DNA of 64,000 nucleotides from Raja brachyura (Eukaryota): positions 24,738,001 to 24,802,000 of the forward strand of contig OY740797.1 of NCBI GenBank assembly GCA_963514005.1, given 5' to 3'. The position numbers and the translations under genes are program-made. Every line of letters begins with the position of its first letter. The stretch's first letter is position 1. Below the pieces are notes generated by a model, which saw nothing but the letters and a program-made list of their open reading frames with translations, made no database searches and was not told the origin of the DNA. Positions 1-12,888 of the stretch are shown here, piece after piece.

Positions 1-380
1 ATGCATCCACTAATAATTAAAATCTATCATAGCAGTTAGATCTATCTGGCAGTTTAATTTCGTTCATTGAGTTTCATTGTGTTTCACATGAAATGAAAGT
101 CAGCAGGAAAATCTGTTATGTTGGCTAAGTCGACAGTGGTGCAATACAAAGGAAAGTCAAATTTAGAATGGAAATTAGTGTTTCAATGGGCCACTCCGTG
201 ACAGTAAGAACAAAATATTGTGACCAGGTTACCATGCGCCACAGTTTGATGCATTAAACGGTGAATCAACAAGTAAGGATATTCGGTATTGGAAAATGTT
301 TGAACTGATAAATTAGAGAAACATCAGAAAATGGTAAATAGAAAATGTTTTTCACTCGCTTGCATTTTTCGATGACACAG

Positions 381-412
381 CAGAGAAGCTTAAAGAACGG
401 AAAACATCCCAA
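381..412 (+). CDS. Candidate small cytoplasmic exon of the + strand paralogue
   Basis: ttgcatttttcgatgacacag| and CAA|gtgagc, 32 nt, phase 1-0 (xEKLKERKTSQ). Same phase pattern as exon 5 of the minus gene and joins 921 in frame. Confidence 0.4.
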
Positions 413-920
413 GTGAGCATTTAATAAAATGCAGACAGAAGGCTTGCAAACGAGTCAGTGGCCAAATGAATAAAATATAACACATAACGGGGACCAGTAG
501 AAGAAGCTGCCCCGTTCAATTGAACCGTAGGTAGTTGAATAATAGACACAAGAGACAACATTTACTTTCAATCCGATCAACTTTGGGAGATTATGCAGAT
601 GAGGCCTTCAGCAACTATTTCCACGCAGGAACATTAAAAACAAATTGAATTGCCCTCGTTAGCAGTATATTTGATTTGGCTAGTCGCTAATGCATAGTCT
701 TGTGTTTAGCCAATGATCACTGCACAACGCAGAGCAGCGAAAAATGAATCAATTTGTTCTTTCCCAGAAGGAAATATATTAATATAATAACATTTTTCAT
801 ATTAGTAAAGGCATTTGGTATTTTGCTAACATTTACAATGTCCGTTACTGGCGGCAGTGGTGTATTTTTGGAAATATGTTGATGGTGTAATAATTATAAT
901 AACTTGCTGATAACTTTCAG

Positions 921-1031
921 ACAATGCAATCCGAATGTGATCCAAAGTTAACATATACTACTCTAAACATCGCTCGTCTAGAGACATCTATTAAATCCAG
1001 ATACGTTGAAGAAGACATGATATATGCCCAG
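921..1031 (+). CDS. Cytoplasmic ITIM exon of a probable paralogous receptor gene (5' exons outside window)
   Basis: Acceptor taactttcag|, donor CAG|gtaagt, 111 nt, phase 0-0. Reads TMQSECDPKLTYTTLNIARLETSIKSRYVEEDMIYAQ. The end EEDMIYAQ|gtaag parallels EEQITYGQ|gtaag of exon 6 of the minus-strand gene. Confidence 0.72.
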
Positions 1032-1120
1032 GTAAGTGTAATAAGAGCCAATTAATGGAACAACTATGAATCAAAGATGAATGCATGTTAACCAATTATC
1101 TTTGTAAGATGTTTGTCGTT

Positions 1121-3990
1121 ACATAGATACATAGATACATAGACAATAGGTGCAGGAGTAGGCCATTTGGTCCTTCGAGCCAGCACCACCATTCAATGTG
1201 ATCATGGCTGATCATCTACAATCAGTACCCCGTTCCTGCCTTCTCCCCATATCCCTTGATTCCGCTAGTCCAAGAGGTCTATCTAACTCTTTTTTGAATG
1301 CATCCAGTGAATCGGCCTCCATTACCTTCTGAGTCAGAAAATTCCACATATTCACAGCCCTTTGGGTGAAAAAGTTTTCTTCATCTCAGTTCTAAATGGT
1401 CTACCCCTTATTCCTAAACTGTGGCCTCTGGTTCTGGACTCTCCCAAAATCGGGAACATGTTTCCAGCATCTAGCATGTCAAATACCTTAATAATTTTGC
1501 ATGTTTCTATAAGATCCCCTCTCATCCTTCTAAATTCAAATGAGTACAAGCCCAGTCGCTCCAGTCCCTCCATCCCGGGAATTAACCTCGTGAACCGAAG
1601 CTGCACTCCCTCAATAGCAAGAATGTCCTTCATCAAATTAGGTGACCAAAACTGCACACAATACTCCAGGTGTGGTCTCACCAGGGCCCTATACAACTGC
1701 CTATTTGCTCCTATACTCAACTCCTCTCGTTATGAAGGCCAACATGCCATTAACTTTCTTCGCTGCTTGCTGTACTTGCATGCTTCAGTGACTGATGTGC
1801 AAGGACACCCAGGTCTCGGTGTACTGCCCCTTTTCCTAACCTGACAGGTTTCAGATAATAATCTGCCATCCTGTTCTTGCCACCAGTGGATAACCTCATA
1901 TTTATCCACATTATGCTGCATTGCCATGCATCTGCCCACTCACCCAACCTGTCCAAGTCACTCTGCAAACTCTTCACAGTTCACACTGCAACCGAGATGT
2001 GTGTCATCTCAAATTTGCTAATGTTACTTTTAATTCCTCCATCTAAATCATTAATATTTATTTAAAATAGCTGCGGTCACAGCACCAAGCCTTGCGGCTG
2101 CCCATTAGTCACTGCCTGCCATTCTGGAATGGACCCGTTAATCCCCTACCCTTTGTTTCCTGTCTGCCAACCAATTTTCTATCCATGTCAATACCCTACA
2201 CCCAATACCATGTGTTCTAATTTTTCCCACTAATCTCCTGTGTGGGACCTTATCAAAGGCTTTCTGAATGTCCAGGTACACTACATCCACTGGCTCTCCC
2301 TTGAACATTTTACTTGTTACATCCTCAAATAATTCCAGAAGATTAGTCAAGCATGATTTCTTCTTCGTAAATCCTTGCTGACTTGACCGATCCTGTTACT
2401 GCTATCCAAGTGTGCTGCAATTACATATTTAGTAATCGACTCCAGCATCTTCCCCACCACCGATGTCAGGCTAACTGGTCTATAATTCCCTGCTTTTTCT
2501 CTCCCTCTCTTCTGAAAATGTGGGATAACATTAGCTCAACTCCAATACACAGGAACTGATCCAGAATCTATAGAACATTGGAAAATTATCACCAATGCGT
2601 CTACGCTTTCTAGAGGCTCTTCCTTGCGTACCCTGGGATGCAGACCATCATGCACCGGGGATTTATCAGCCTTCAGCCCCATCAGTCTACCCAACAACAT
2701 TTCCGGACTGATGTGAATTTCCTTCAGTTCCTCCTTCACCCTAGGTCCTCTGTCCCCTAGTATACAAGGGAGATTGTTTGTGTCTTCCTTAGTGAAGACC
2801 GAACCAAAGTAACTGTTCAACTCATCTGCCATTTCCTTGTTCCCATAATAAATTCGCCTGTTTCTGTCTTCAAGGGACCCACATTTGTCTTAACTCATAT
2901 TTTCCTCTTCACATACCTAAACATTTTTTTGTTGGCCTCCTTTATATTCTTGGCTCGCTTACGTTCATATTTATCTTTTCTCCCAATATTACCTTTTTAG
3001 TTACCTTCTCTTGATCTTTAAAAGTTTCCCAATCCTTTGGTCTCCCGCTCATCTTTGCCATGTTATACATCTTCTCTTTTATTTTTATACTGTCCTTGAC
3101 TTCCCTTGTCAACCATGGTCGCTTCTTACTCCCCTTAGAATCTTTCTTCCTCTTTAGAATGAAATTATCCTGCATTTTCTGGATTATTCCCAGAAGTACC
3201 TGCCATTGGTGTTCACTTATCATATTATGATCACTACCTCCTAATGGTTCCTTTACCTTGAGTTACCTTATCAAATCCGGTTCATTACACAACACTGTAT
3301 CCAGAATTACCTTCTCCCTGGTAGGCTCCAGTACAAGCTGCTCTAAGAATCTATCTCGGAGGCACTGTACAAACTCAATTTCTTGGGGTCCAGTACCAAC
3401 CTGATTTCCCAAGTCTACCTGCATGTTGAAATCTCCCATAACCCCGGTAATATTACCTTTGTTACATGCCAATTTTAACTCATGATGCAACTTGCACCCT
3501 ATATCCAGGATACTATTTGGGGGCATGTAGATAACTCCCATTAGGGTCTTTTTATCCTTACAATTTCTCAGTTCTATCCACAATGACTGCATCTTCTGAT
3601 TCTATGTCGCCCCTCGCAAGGGACTGAATTTAATCCTTCCCAACAGTGCTTCCGGAACCCCTCTGCCCACCTGTCTGTCTTTTCGATAGGACATGTACCC
3701 CTGAATATTCAGTTCCCAGCTCTGATCCTCTTGCAGCCATGTCTCTGTAATTCCCACAACATCATACTTACCAATTTCTAACTGAGCCGCAAGTTCATCC
3801 ACTTTATTTCTTATATTTCGCGCATTGATAAATAACACTTTTAATTCAGTATTCAACTCCCCTCTCACGCCGGTTCCTATTTCACCTGACCTTGCTCTTT
3901 TACCCCTTCTTGAAATTTCCGTCCCATTAATTCGGGTGTCTTTCGTAACCTCACCTGTACACTTTTCCCCTTTAACTCCACCATTATACT
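1121..3990 (-). mobile_element. 5'-truncated CR1/HER1-type LINE, degenerate ORF2 (APE endonuclease + RT)
   Basis: ORF fragments LKVLFINARNIRNK/VVGITETWL, GDFN, VYLDIQKAFDKVPH, RPHLEYCVQFWSP, RTRGHS. Short-repeat 3' tail (atagatac)n at 1121-1147. The 5' boundary is approximate. Confidence 0.92.
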
Positions 3991-6262
3991 TCTAATTTGT
4001 CACCCCTCCCACCTCCCTACTCCGCGACGGCGAGTCCGCAGGCTCCGCTACTGGAGCCCTCAGGTTGGTTCCGGTTGGAGGCCGCCGCTGGCTCCACGAT
4101 GTTAGGCCCCACGACATCGGAAACCCGACAGGGAAAAAGTCGAGTCCCCGTACAGGGAAGAGATAAAACGCCCACCCCCCACAAATACACAGCTAAAAAA
4201 TAATAAAAACTGGAATCAAAAACATACATTTAACGAGACCAAAAAAAAGACAGACTGACTGCAGTTGAGCCGCTGCCGTTTGGTGCCGCCACAGATGTAC
4301 TGAATTTGCGTTTATTATCATTTGTACAAGTATGGCTAGGTACAGGTACGATGACAACCTTGCTCGCAGCACCACCGGCACCAAGAATCAGGCAGCATAC
4401 TACAACATGACTTGTACATAATTATACTTAAGTTATACGTAAGTTCTGCTGGGCAATAGAAAAAATAAAGCAAAGTGGCAGAAAACAAAAAAATTGGCAA
4501 ACACTTCAAAAAAACAGCTCATAGTTTGGCATCGTGGTTTTATCTGAGTAGATTGATAGCACATAGTTGATGATCAGTGGTTTATCGCTGAGGTAGATTG
4601 GTGAGTCTGCTACTTGGCGGCCATGGGGTTTTTGGCCTCTGCGCTTCCTGCAGGATGGGGTAAGAGGCGAGATGTCTTTTGGTGGAGACGGCATGGTCTT
4701 TGGGTTGGAGCGGACTAGATGCCACCATCTTGAGGAAATGCCTAATGTTGATGCTTTAAATGAGAGGATGCTGGCGAGGGTGAAGTACAGAGAGCGGGTT
4801 GATGACCAGTATGAATAAGATCGGACAAATAGCATGTTTTCTTTCTCGTATATTCAATTATTCTCGACACAAAGCACCAAGAAGATAATTTATACAGTAG
4901 TAGACGGCTGAAAGCTAAACATTCATAATTTCTTAGTAACGAAATGCTGAATTAATTTTAAGAAGAATGAGTATATTTGGAGTTGTTTGGGGTGTTTTGT
5001 TGTTTTATTGTGTTTTATTGAGGTCATTGTTCGAGAGATGAGATAGGAGATTTATTTTCAATTCAGTGTACGGAATGCACAGTCTTGAAATACGCAGATT
5101 GTCGACTTCTTTTAAACATGACAAATTATATCATAGATGAAAGTAAATGCACAATTCAGTTGGAAATGATCAGTGGCAAAGACCAATGTTGCTGTCTTAT
5201 ATCTTGTATTCCATTGGACGAGTATGTCTATCAATTAAAATGTTGCATTTATTTTGGTGGCGTAGTTACTGGGAGACAGCTGTCAAAGCAAAAGCTGAAA
5301 TGAATTGACGACGATGTTATGAAATACTATTTTACAGACAATACATGGTCGACCTGAACGCATGGCTGAAGAAATGGATATCAATACAGGGAACATCAAC
5401 AAAATTGTAAAATCGTAATCTACCTTACAATGCAAAATTCGTAGGAATGTTGAGTAGTGCCAAGGCAGCCATGTTTTCCAGTTATATTCGCTGGGAGTTC
5501 TGTATTTGGTGGGCTTTGTTCAGTTTATTTATGGATCCATGCTTTCCTTATGGATTAAAAATACGCAAATTTTGTTAGTCGAATATTCTGCAAACAATAT
5601 GGATTATTTCAAACTGACTAAAAAAAATGCTCTTTTGTACCCAATCGGCCCAGTGACAGTCCCAGTTATGAATTTTCCAATAGTATTCCTCTTTCAGATC
5701 ATACAAATTGTCCATTGACTAACGTAAGGATCTGTATGTGAACTGATGTGGAGATTTTTTTTGTACTCGGGGGTCTTATCTTATCGAACAATTTGCAAAT
5801 GCCTACTAATTAAAAATAGACTCTTCAGGTTAGACCGCTAATCGGCACGAGTAGAAGCCGGGTACATACGAAAACGGTTCTACTTTTTACTACGAGTGGG
5901 ACATGTCGGTGTTTCTTCGTCAATTGAATTGTCCGCAACATGGACGTCATCTTTTTGTTATGGGTGAACATTTCCGTGCTACACCTATATATTATACCAA
6001 TATATTGTAGTAATTATTTTTGCTGTTAATTCTCTGTGAACCAATAAATCCGTTTTAATTCTTGAATGTGAGTGTTGCATTTTGTCTCTGCCTTCTTGAT
6101 TCTTATATGGCTTGAATTGGAAAACTATTCTGACTATCGTCACTGTCTATTCCTACAATAATTTGACATACGTGTAGCAGGTCGCCACTCAGCCTCATAC
6201 GCTTGAGGTATACATGCCAATTCTATCAAATTTCACCCGATAACTAAAGTGTTCTAATCTAA

Positions 6263-9200
6263 GTAGAAACATAGAAACAAGGTGCAGGAGTAGGCCATTC
6301 GGCCCTTCGAGCCTGCACCGCCATTCAATATGATCATGGCTGATCATCCAACTCCATATCCCGTACCTGCCTTCTCTCCATACCCTCCGCTCCCCTTAGC
6401 CACAAGGGCCACATCTAACTCCCTCTTAAATATAGCCAATGAACTGGCCTCAACTACCCTCTGTGGCAGAGAGTTCCAGAGACCCAACACTCTCTGTGTG
6501 AAAAAAGTCCTTCTCATCTCGGTCCTAAAAGGTTTCCCCCTTATCCTTAAGCTGTGACCCCTTGTCCTGGACCTCCCCAAAATCGGGAACAATCTTCCTG
6601 CATCTAGCCTGCCCAACCCCTCAAGAATTTTGTAAGTTTCTATAAGATCGCCTCTCAATCTCCTAAATTATAGAGAGTATAAACCGAGTCTATGCAGTCT
6701 TTGTTCATAAGACAGTCCTGACATCCCAGGAATCAGTCTGGTGAACCTTCTCTGCACTCCCTCTATGGCAATAATGTCCTTCCTCAGATTTGGAGACCCG
6801 AACTGTACGCAATACTCCAGGTGTGGTCTCACAAAGACCCTATACAACTGAAGTAGAAACTCCCTGCTCCTATACTAAAATCCTTTTGCTATGAAAGCTA
6901 ACATACCATTCACTTTCCTCACTGCCTGCTGCACCTGCATGCCTACTTTCAATGACTGGTGTACCATGACACCCAGGTCGCGCTGCATCTCCCCTTTTCC
7001 TAATCGGCCTCCATTTAGATAATAGTCGGTTTTCCTATTTTTGCCACCAAAGTGGATAACCTCACATTTATCCACATTATACTGCATCTGCCAAACATTT
7101 GCCCACTCACCCAGCCTATCCAAGTCACCTTGCAGTCTCCTAGCATCCTCCTCACAGCTAACACTGCCCCCCAGCTTAGTGTCATCCGCAAACTTGGAGA
7201 TATTGCCTTCAATTCCCTCATCCAGATCATTAATGTATATTGTAAATAGCTGGGGTCCCAGCACTGAGCCTTGCGGTACCCCACTAGTCACTGCCTGCCA
7301 TTGTGAAAAGGACCCGTTTACTCCTACTCTTTGCTTCCTGTTTGCCAGCCAGTTCTCTATCCACATCAATACTGAACCCCCAATGCCGTATGCTTTAAGT
7401 TTATATACTAATCTCTTATGTGGGACCTTGTTGAAAGCCTTCTGGAAGTCCAGATACACCACATCCACTGGTTCTCCCCTATCCATACTACTAGTTACAT
7501 CCTCGAAAAATTCCACAAGATTCGTCAGACATGATTTACCTTTCGTAAATCCATGCTGACTTTGTCCAATGATTTCACCACTTTCCAAATGTGCTGCTAT
7601 CCCATCTTTAATAACTGACTCTAGCAGTTTCCCCACTACCGATGTTAGACTAACTGGTCTATAATTCCCCGTTTTCTCTCTCTCCCCCCCCCCCCCCCCC
7701 CCTTCTTAAAAAGAGGAGTTACATTTGTACCTGCCAATCCTCAGGAACTACTCCAGAATCTAAAGAGTTTTGAAAGATTATCATTAATGCATCCACTATT
7801 TCCGGAGCTACTTCCTTAAGTACTCTGGGATGCAGCCTATCTGGCCCTGTGGATTTATCGGCCTTTAATCCATTCAATTTACCCAACACCACTTCCCGAC
7901 TAACCTGGATTTCACTCAAGTCCTCCTTTGACCCGTGGTCCCCTGCTATTTCCGGCAGATTATTTATGTCTTCCTTGGTGAAGATGGAACCAAAGTAGTT
8001 ATTCAATTGGTCCGCCATATCCTTGTTCCCCATGATCAACTCACCTGTTTCTGCCTGCAAGGGACCTACATACATTAACTAATCTCTTTCTCTTCACATA
8101 TCTATAAAAACTTTTGCAGTCAGTTTTTATGTTCCCTGCCAGTTTTCTTTCATAATCTATTTTTCCTTTCCTAATCAAGCCCTTTGTCCTCCTCTGCTGG
8201 TCTCTGAATTTCTCCCAGTCCTCTGATATGCTGCTTTTTCTGGCTACTTTGTACGCATCATCCTTTGCTTTGATACTATCCCTGATTTCCCTTGTTATCC
8301 ACAGATGCACTACCTTCCCTGATCTATTCTTTTTGCCAAACTGGGATGAACATTTTTTGTAGTTCATCCATGCAGTCTTTAAATGTCTTCCATTGCGTAT
8401 CCACCGTCATCCCTTTTAGAATTGATTGCCAGTCAATCTTGGCCAATTCACGTCTCATACCCTCAAAGTTACCTTTCCTTAAGTTCAGAACCATTGTTTC
8501 TGAATTAACAATGTCACTCTCCATCCTAATGAAGAACTCGACCATATTATGGTCACTCTTGCCCAAGGGGGCACGCACAATAAGACTGCTAACTAACCCT
8601 TCCTCATTACTCAATACCCAGTCTGAAATAGCCTGCTCTCTCGTTGGTTCCTCTACATGTTGATTTAGATAACTATTCCGCATACTTTCCAAAAAATCCT
8701 CTTCCTCAGCACCCCTGCCAATTTGATTCACCCAATCTATATGTAGATGGAAGTCACCCATTATAACTGTTTTGCCTTTGTCGCACGCATTTCTAATTTC
8801 CTGTTTGATACCATCCCCCAACTTCACTACTACTGTTAGGTGGCCTGTACACAACTCCCACTAGCGTTTTCTGCCCCTTAGTGTTTCGCAGCTCTACCCA
8901 TACCGATTCCACATGCTCCAAGCTAATGTCCTTCCTTTCCATTGCGTTAATCTCCTCTCTAACCAGCAATGCTCCCCCACCTCCTTTTCCTTTCTCTCTA
9001 TCCCTCCTGAATATTGAATATCCCTGGATGTTCAGCTCCCAGCCTTGCTCACCCTGGAGCCATGTCTCTGTGATCCCAACTATATCATACTCATTAATAG
9101 CTATCTGCACGTTCAACTCATCCACCTTATTACGAATACTCCTTGCATTGAGACACAAAGCCTTCAGGCTTGATTTTACAACGCTCTTACCCCTTATACA

Positions 9201-10650
9201 ATTTTGTTGAGAAGTGGCCCTTTTTGATTTTTGCCCTGGTTTTGTCTGCCTGCCACTTTTACTTTTCACCTTGCTCCCTATTGCTTCCACCCTCGTTTTA
9301 CACCCACCTGCCTCTATGCTCTTGTACCCATCCCCCTGCCACATTAGTTTAAATCCTCCCCGACAGCACTAGCAAACACTCCCCCAAGGACATTGGTTCC
9401 ATTCCAGCCCAGGTGCAGACCGTCCTGTTTGTACTGGTCCCACCTCCCCCAGAAATGGTTCCAGTGCCCTAAAAATTTGAATCCCTCCCCCTTGCACCAT
9501 TTTTCAAGCCACGTATTCATCTGCAATATCCTCCTACTCTGACTGGCCCGTGGTACTGGTAATAATCCAGAGATTATTACCTTTGAGGTCCTACTTTTAA
9601 GTTTATCTCCTAGCGTCCTACCATCCTGGAGTCTCGTTTGCGGCCGCAGAAATGCCTATCTATTCCCCTGACAATTGAATCCCCTATTATTATTGCCCTT
9701 CCCCTCTTTTCCCCCCCATCATGTGCTGCAGAGCCACCCATGGTGCCATGAACTTGGCTGCTGCTGCATTCCCCTGATGAGCCATCTCCTTCAACATTAT
9801 CCAAAATGGTAAACCTGTTTAGTAGGGAGATGACCGCAGGGGACTCCTGCACTACCTGCCTACTGCTTTGCTGGCTATTGGCCACCCGCTCCCTTTCTGT
9901 CCTCTTACCTTTTACCTGTGGTGTGACCAACTTGCTGTATGGGTTATCCACAACTTTCTCTGCATCGTGGATGCTCCAGTATGAATCCAGCCACAGCTCC
10001 AATCGTCCAATGCGGTCTGCCAGGAGCTGCAGCTGGACACACTTCCTGCAAATGTAGTCACCAGGGACACCGACAATATCCCTGATCTCCCACATGTTGC
10101 AGGCTGAGCAAACCATGGGGCCAATCTCCACTGACATACCTTCCTCCCAAATTACTCTGTATTAAATATATATATTTTTTTAATTTATTCTTTATTAAAC
10201 ACAAAACTTTATCCTTTAAACTTTACTAATAAATACTAATAAATACTGAATCCCTATCTCCCAGAATCCTTAACTCCCAGAATTCTTAACTCCCAGAATC
10301 CTTAAACCTGAAGGCAGAAATGTAAAAATGTAAACCCCGGGTTGCAGCCAATCAGCTGCTTCCTCTGGTCCTCTTCAACCAATCAGAGGCTTCACCAGAT
10401 CCCCTCTCTGGAAGTGAGATGGAACGTTGCAGATGCTGGTCTCACAGCGCAGGTAACTCCACCCTCTCTCTCCAATGGGTCCCCGGGCCTCTGTGAAAAA
10501 CAAGCCCCGCGCTAGATTTATACTCACAGCGCAGGTAGCACCCCCCTCTCTCTCCAACGGCTCCCCGGGCCTCTGAAAAGCAAGCCCCGCGCTAGATTTA
10601 TACTCACAGGTAGCTCCACCCTCTCTCTCCAACGGCTCCCGGGGCCTCTT
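6263..10650 (-). mobile_element. Near full-length CR1/HER1-type LINE: ORF1 (Zn finger + SGNH esterase) and frameshifted ORF2
   Basis: ORF1 CSAC...CRKC, IIGDSIVRG, DGLHL. ORF2 GITETWL, SDHN, SGVPQGSVLGP, FADDTK. Repeated 5'-UTR units at 10440-10650 and a (tagaaaca)n tail. Confidence 0.95.
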
Positions 10651-11339
10651 ATTGTAAGTAACAATATACGGAATCGCCTCTGCACTATCTCCAGCAAAAA
10701 CAGACCCACCATGCCGACCAGAATTGCACATAATGCTTCTCAATTGATGTTTTGTAGAGTTACAATGTATTGTCTGTCCCAGCTCCCATGCCCCGAGCTG
10801 AGAAGGCAAGCTTGCTATCCGCCTTCTTCGCAACTCTCTCCAATTTTGGTGGGACTTTTATTGTAGTATGGAAAACAATGTCTGTCTATTCATCAATAAT
10901 CGTTTGAGCCTCTCAATCACTGTACACGTTATTTGCTTATGTGACTTCTTAAAAAGCACCACATCGCACTTGTCATGGATAAATTAGATCTGGTGATTCT
11001 CCGCCTAATCTTCAATTTGATCTACTTCCTACCACTGTTTGAAGCAACTCCCTTTGCTTCACCACCGATTGGCTCCACACAAAATTGTTATACTGTATAA
11101 CTTGATTTTTAGGGCAAAGATCGTACTCTACCAATCCCAGTCTTCATGACAAGTAACTGCAGATGCTGGGTTAGTGTTGGTGTAACACTGAAGGCCAAGC
11201 TGTATTTTCGGAAGACATGGAGAGGTGACTGGGTCCCTTTTTCAGACTACTTATAGTGTGGGTGTGGGGCGGGATCGTTTTTCAAATTAATTAAAATGAG
11301 GGGGGTGGGGCGCGCTGAACAACAATTTGGAACCTTTCC

Positions 11340-11580
11340 CTACATCTCTTCCCTAACTTCCATTCAATACCCCAGCAGCCCTTCCATGTGAGACAGAGGA
11401 TCACATGCTCACCATTTAATCTCATCTACTGAATTCGCATGTACCCCACTTTATATCGGCGACATCAAGCGTAGACTGGGCATCGTTTAACCGAAAACAT
11501 ACATTGCCTCCACCTAGGTCTGCTGGATTTCCCGGTTGCTAATCATCTCAATTCCCATCCCATTCCCATATCTTTTTATC
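11340..11580 (+). mobile_element. Penelope-like element remnant (GIY-YIG endonuclease region)
   Basis: Degenerate translation F.VRQR.TC...NLIY.IR...LYIGD.KRRLG, matching the PLE GIY-YIG pattern. Confidence 0.65.
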
Positions 11581-12888
11581 TTTAAAGTGTGCTCCATCCT
11601 ACATGAAACGAATTATCGGATTTCAAACAGTTGTCGCAGTTTCTCTGTATCATCAAACATAATTTTAGCCACTGCATAATGCCAGTGGAGGAATTGTGCA
11701 GCGAATAATGCTTCCCTGCTTGAGGTGCATTGCCGGCCGTCGGTGTCAAGTGAGTAAACTCAATTCCTTTTCCTCTACTTGCGCAAGTTTCCTTGCATGT
11801 TCCTCGTGGGTTAATAGGTTACTTGATCACGTATTTGTGAAATTTAGTGGTCAAATCTGAAGGAAAGTGTTAGGCCGATGAGAATTGTAGTGTTGGCTGT
11901 ACTGATGGGCGAATAAAAATTGATTTCATGTTATGGGTGCTTGATAGTCGGCATGTACAGGATGTGCGGGTGGGTATGTTTTCGAAACGCATGTCCCCAT
12001 ACGGCATGGTACATTATGATAGGGAAACATTCCGAGTGTTTATACATGACTCCTTTCACTAAACAAAACAGTCGCTAAATTGATGCTGCACTGAGAAGAG
12101 GGTGGTCTTGATTTAAATCACATCCGTCATTCTATCACAATACGTGGCATCCTTATGTCTACTTTTGTATCTATGACACCTCAGATTTGTTAAACATATC
12201 CTTAAATGATATTTTTCTAGGCAGCAAGTTGAAAAAATAGTTGTTACTTCTGATTGAACACTTTTGGTGCGGAATTGCTTTTCAATTGAGTTGAATTTCA
12301 AATGTATTTATTTGCCATATGCACCGTGTATGAACTGAACATTGAAATTCTTACTCTGCAGCTTCACGGACACATTAGGCGTAACGGGAACACAATTAAG
12401 CATACAATAGATCATTTGTTAATCTTCGTAAACTGAACCATGATAGTGCAAAAGCCAAAGCAGTAGAGCTACTGGAGTAGTGCAAATTCGGTAGTAATTT
12501 GGTGTTGAGGTAGGTTTGTGGGTTAGGTTATGCAGGATGGTTCAGGAATCTGATGGCCAATAGAGATAAACTGTTCCTGAGCCTGGAACCTGGGCCCTCG
12601 TGCTCTTCTACCTTCATCTCGATGGTGAAAATGAAACGTAAGCATAGCAATGGTGGTGTATGTCTTCGAATATGTTAGTTGTCTCTATGAAGTACTGCTT
12701 CCTATAGATCTATTCGATGTTGGGGAAGTCAGCACCCGTGAAGGACCGGGCAATATTGACCACTTTCTGCAGCATCCTTCATTCTCGAGCGTTCAAACTT
12801 TACAGTAAATGGGAGATTGAGATTGCACAAGTGTTCAGGTTACAAAAGTCATGCGTGGAACAGATAACTGTTGGGAGTCCTTTGCTTT

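Noticed and set aside
1362-10057. Numerous + strand ORFs over the CR1 copies
   Set aside because: Antisense shadows of LINE ORFs with no independent motifs.
10440-10650. Repeat units resembling a CRISPR-like array
   Set aside because: Tandem monomers of the CR1 5' UTR with no unique spacers, in a eukaryotic context.
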